In this document: positions 45,211 through 47,099 of the stretch, one piece after another
Layout: each line of letters opens with the position of its first letter
Numbering within the stretch: the stretch's first letter is position 1
Origin: Gammaproteobacteria bacterium
GTDB lineage: Bacteria; Pseudomonadota; Gammaproteobacteria; GCA-001735895
Assembly (NCBI GenBank): GCA_052030825.1
Contig: JBPEYE010000029.1
Coordinates: 1-47,099, forward strand
DNA: 47,099 bases
Reading direction: 5' to 3'
Position numbers and translations under genes: made by a program
Notes under the pieces: generated by a model
Database searches by the model: none
Told to the model about the DNA's origin: nothing
Seen by the model: only the letters and a program-made list of their open reading frames with translations

Positions 45211-47099
45211 ATGGCAACGAAAAGCATCGGTTATGTCGTTGAATTATCTGGCGAAGCACAGGTTCGTTCGGTCGACGGGATCATTCGCGTACTGAGCGTC
45301 GGAGACCCGGTACACGAGGGCGATCTGCTAATCACCGGGGTCAATTCACGCATCGTCGTCGAGTTCTTCGACGGCGCGAAACTGCCGCTCGGTGAAAACG
45401 CCGAGGTGCTGCTCGACGAAACGGTTTTCGCCAGCCAGGTCGCGTTTCCGGACGATCGCGTCGCCCAATTGGCCGAGCTTCAAAGCCTGATCGTCGAGGG
45501 CATCGACCTCGCCGAACTCGAAGCCACGGCGGCCGGCGCGGCGCCGGTATTTGCCGACGGCCTGCACCAGGCCTCGATCTACGATCGCGACGGTGACGAA
45601 GGGATCGTCGAGACGCGGCTGACGTCGTTCGGCGTGACCGATTCGGGACAAAGCGGATTCACGACCCTCGACGACGACAATGCCTTGCTCGCCTCCGATT
45701 CGACCGATTCGGGCACGGCGTCGCCGACGATCACGCTTCCGGTAGCGACGATCAGCGTCGATCCGATTACCGCCGACGACATCCTTAATGCCGCCGAGTC
45801 GGGCGGTGTCGTCAACGTGACCGGTTCGGTGAGTGGCGCCGCATCGACCGGCGACGCCATCGATTTCACGGTTAACGGGACGCCCTATTCCGGCGTGGTC
45901 AACGCCGGCAACGTCTTCAGTATCCCGGTTGCCGGCGCGGATCTGGCAGCCGACACCAGTTTCGACGCGTCGGTCAGTGGACTCGACGGATCCGGCAACC
46001 CGTTCGTCGCGATTACCACCTCGACCCACCTGGTCGATACCACCGCAACGGCAACGATCACGCTCGACCCTGATATCACGGCTGACGACATCATAAGCGC
46101 GGCCGAGGCCGGGAGCACCATCGCGATCACCGGCTCGGTTGCCGGTGATTTCCAGGCTGGCGATACGGTCACGCTGACCGTCAACGGCGTCAACACCAGC
46201 GGCGCGGTCGCGGCCGACGGCAGTTTCAGCATTGACGTGCAAGGCAGCGACCTGCGTGACGATCCCGATAGCACCATTGACGCGTCGTTCGTCGCAACCG
46301 ACGCGGCAGGCAACGTGGGCGCAGCGGTTACCGACAGCGAATCCTACTCCGTCGACGTTACCCCGCCGACCGCATCGATCGCGCTGGACCCGAACATCAC
46401 CGCCGACGACATCATCAACGCCGCCGAGGAAGGCGCCAACGTCGCGATAACCGGAACCGTCGGCGGCGACGTTGTCGATGGCGACACGGTTACCCTCACG
46501 ATAAACGGCAACACCTTCACTGGCGCCGTCAACGGCGGCGGATTCAGCATCGACGTGCCCGGTACCGAGCTCACCGCAGATGCGGACCTGACAATCGATG
46601 CCAGCGTCACGACGTCGACCGGCGACGTCAACGGCGAGGCAACCGCGACCGACAGCGAGACCTATTCGGTCGACACCACGGCGAATGCGACGATCACGCT
46701 CGACGCCAATATCACTGCCGATGACATCATCAACGCCGCCGAATCCGGCGGCCCGGTTGCCATTACCGGCACGGTTGCCGGTGATTTCCAGGCGGGTGAC
46801 ATCGTTACCCTGACGGTCAACGGCGTCGACAGTACGGGGGCCGTCGCTGCCGACGGCAGCTTCTCGATCAATGTTGCGGGCAGCGATCTGGCCAACGACC
46901 CCGATCAGACGATCGATGCGTCGTTCGTTGCGACCGACGCGGTCGGCAACGTTGCCGCGCCGGTCACCGATACCGAGTCCTATACGGTCGATACGACGGC
47001 CATCGCTACCATTACGCTCGATGCCAACATCACCGCCGACGACATCATCAACGCCGCTGAAGCGGGTGGCCCGGTTGCGATCACCGGCTCGGTGGCCGG
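45211..47099 (+). CDS. lapA: LapA-like giant repeat adhesin / T1SS substrate, 5' part only (runs off window)
   Basis: The frame is open from ATG 45211 to the window end (629 codons), so it is absent from the ORF track. N-terminal retention-module sequence: [43 protein letters not shown]...[17 protein letters not shown] matches the P. fluorescens LapA cleavage region. Tandem Ig-like repeats follow. Confidence 0.9.
   Translation, partial: MATKSIGYVVELSGEAQVRSVDGIIRVLSVGDPVHEGDLLITGVNSRIVVEFFDGAKLPLGENAEVLLDETVFASQVAFPDDRVAQLAELQSLIVEGIDLAELEATAAGAAPVFADGLHQASIYDRDGDEGIVETRLTSFGVTDSGQSGFTTLDDDNALLASDSTDSGTASPTITLPVATISVDPITADDILNAAESGGVVNVTGSVSGAASTGDAIDFTVNGTPYSGVVNAGNVFSIPVAGADLAADTSFDASVSGLDGSGNPFVAITTSTHLVDTTATATITLDPDITADDIISAAEAGSTIAITGSVAGDFQAGDTVTLTVNGVNTSGAVAADGSFSIDVQGSDLRDDPDSTIDASFVATDAAGNVGAAVTDSESYSVDVTPPTASIALDPNITADDIINAAEEGANVAITGTVGGDVVDGDTVTLTINGNTFTGAVNGGGFSIDVPGTELTADADLTIDASVTTSTGDVNGEATATDSETYSVDTTANATITLDANITADDIINAAESGGPVAITGTVAGDFQAGDIVTLTVNGVDSTGAVAADGSFSINVAGSDLANDPDQTIDASFVATDAVGNVAAPVTDTESYTVDTTAIATITLDANITADDIINAAEAGGPVAITGSVA
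45526..45537 (+). other. LapG-type cleavage motif T-A-A-G (residues 106-109 of the adhesin)
   Basis: acg gcg gcc ggc in frame, in the context [13 protein letters not shown]. The P. fluorescens LapA site is TAAG with cleavage between Ala108 and Ala109. Confidence 0.7.
45745..47099 (+). repeat. In-frame tandem repeats of 309-321 bp (103-107 aa) encoding Ig-like adhesin modules
   Basis: The anchor GCYGAYGAC (ADD in [11 protein letters not shown]) recurs at 45772, 46081, 46402, 46717 and 47035, giving periods of 309, 321, 315 and 318 bp. Unit consensus: [103 protein letters not shown]. Confidence 0.9.

Noticed and set aside
45745-47099. Regular ~315-bp repeats considered as a possible CRISPR or satellite array
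   Set aside because: The repeats are in frame within one continuous ORF. They have no short conserved repeat plus unique spacer organisation, and they encode Ig-like adhesin modules.

Overview
47.1 kb of high-GC proteobacterial chromosome. It is probably gammaproteobacterial, judging from the glyA-nrdR-ribD-ribE-ribB-ribH-nusB-thiL-pgpA synteny. I support about 46 protein-coding genes. I saw no rRNA, tRNA, CRISPR array, transposase or integrase, but intergenic regions were checked by eye only.

Gene content from left to right:
- 1-2.1 kb: degP-like protease (cut by the window edge) and an hsp20 gene with a sigma-32-like promoter.
- 2.3-6.2 kb: a translationally coupled methyltransferase plus three glycosyltransferases.
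- 6.2-9.9 kb: a yrbL / glutamine-synthetase-like pair, divergent from a PhyH-dioxygenase / ProC-like pair.
- 9.9-15.9 kb: miscellaneous genes (HDAC-like, DUF853 ATPase, MscS, acyl-CoA dehydrogenase).
- 15.9-32.4 kb: acnA, a class III cyclase-FHA fusion, gltX, the long riboflavin/nusB/thiL operon, glyA, a HesB/IscA-like gene, an ATP-grasp gene, yggX and a small outer-membrane barrel.

The most interesting part is the right-hand 14.5 kb (32.6-47.1 kb). A PP2C phosphatase / non-RD Ser-Thr kinase / SHOCT-like tail-anchored protein operon sits directly upstream of a complete Lap-type giant-adhesin type I secretion locus gated by c-di-GMP. That locus contains:
- a TolC/LapE homologue carrying an unusual C-terminal TSP3-like + cadherin-like + OmpA extension;
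- the LapG protease;
- the LapD receptor, with degenerate GGDEF and EAL domains and a GWTQ loop;
- the LapB ABC transporter and LapC adaptor;
- a VpsT/CsgD-like pseudo-receiver regulator;
- the 5' 1.9 kb of a LapA-like adhesin. It has a retention module, a TAAG LapG-cleavage motif at residues 106-109, and tandem repeats of about 105 aa that run off the window.

Secondary curiosities:
- an HslV/proteasome-beta-like Ntn hydrolase translationally coupled inside the riboflavin operon;
- a RibB with a degenerate GTP-cyclohydrolase-II-like domain;
- a 15-bp in-frame tandem duplication in ribE;
- several candidate operator or leader structures.

All calls rest on reading translated motifs and synteny. 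No database search or numerical computation was run.
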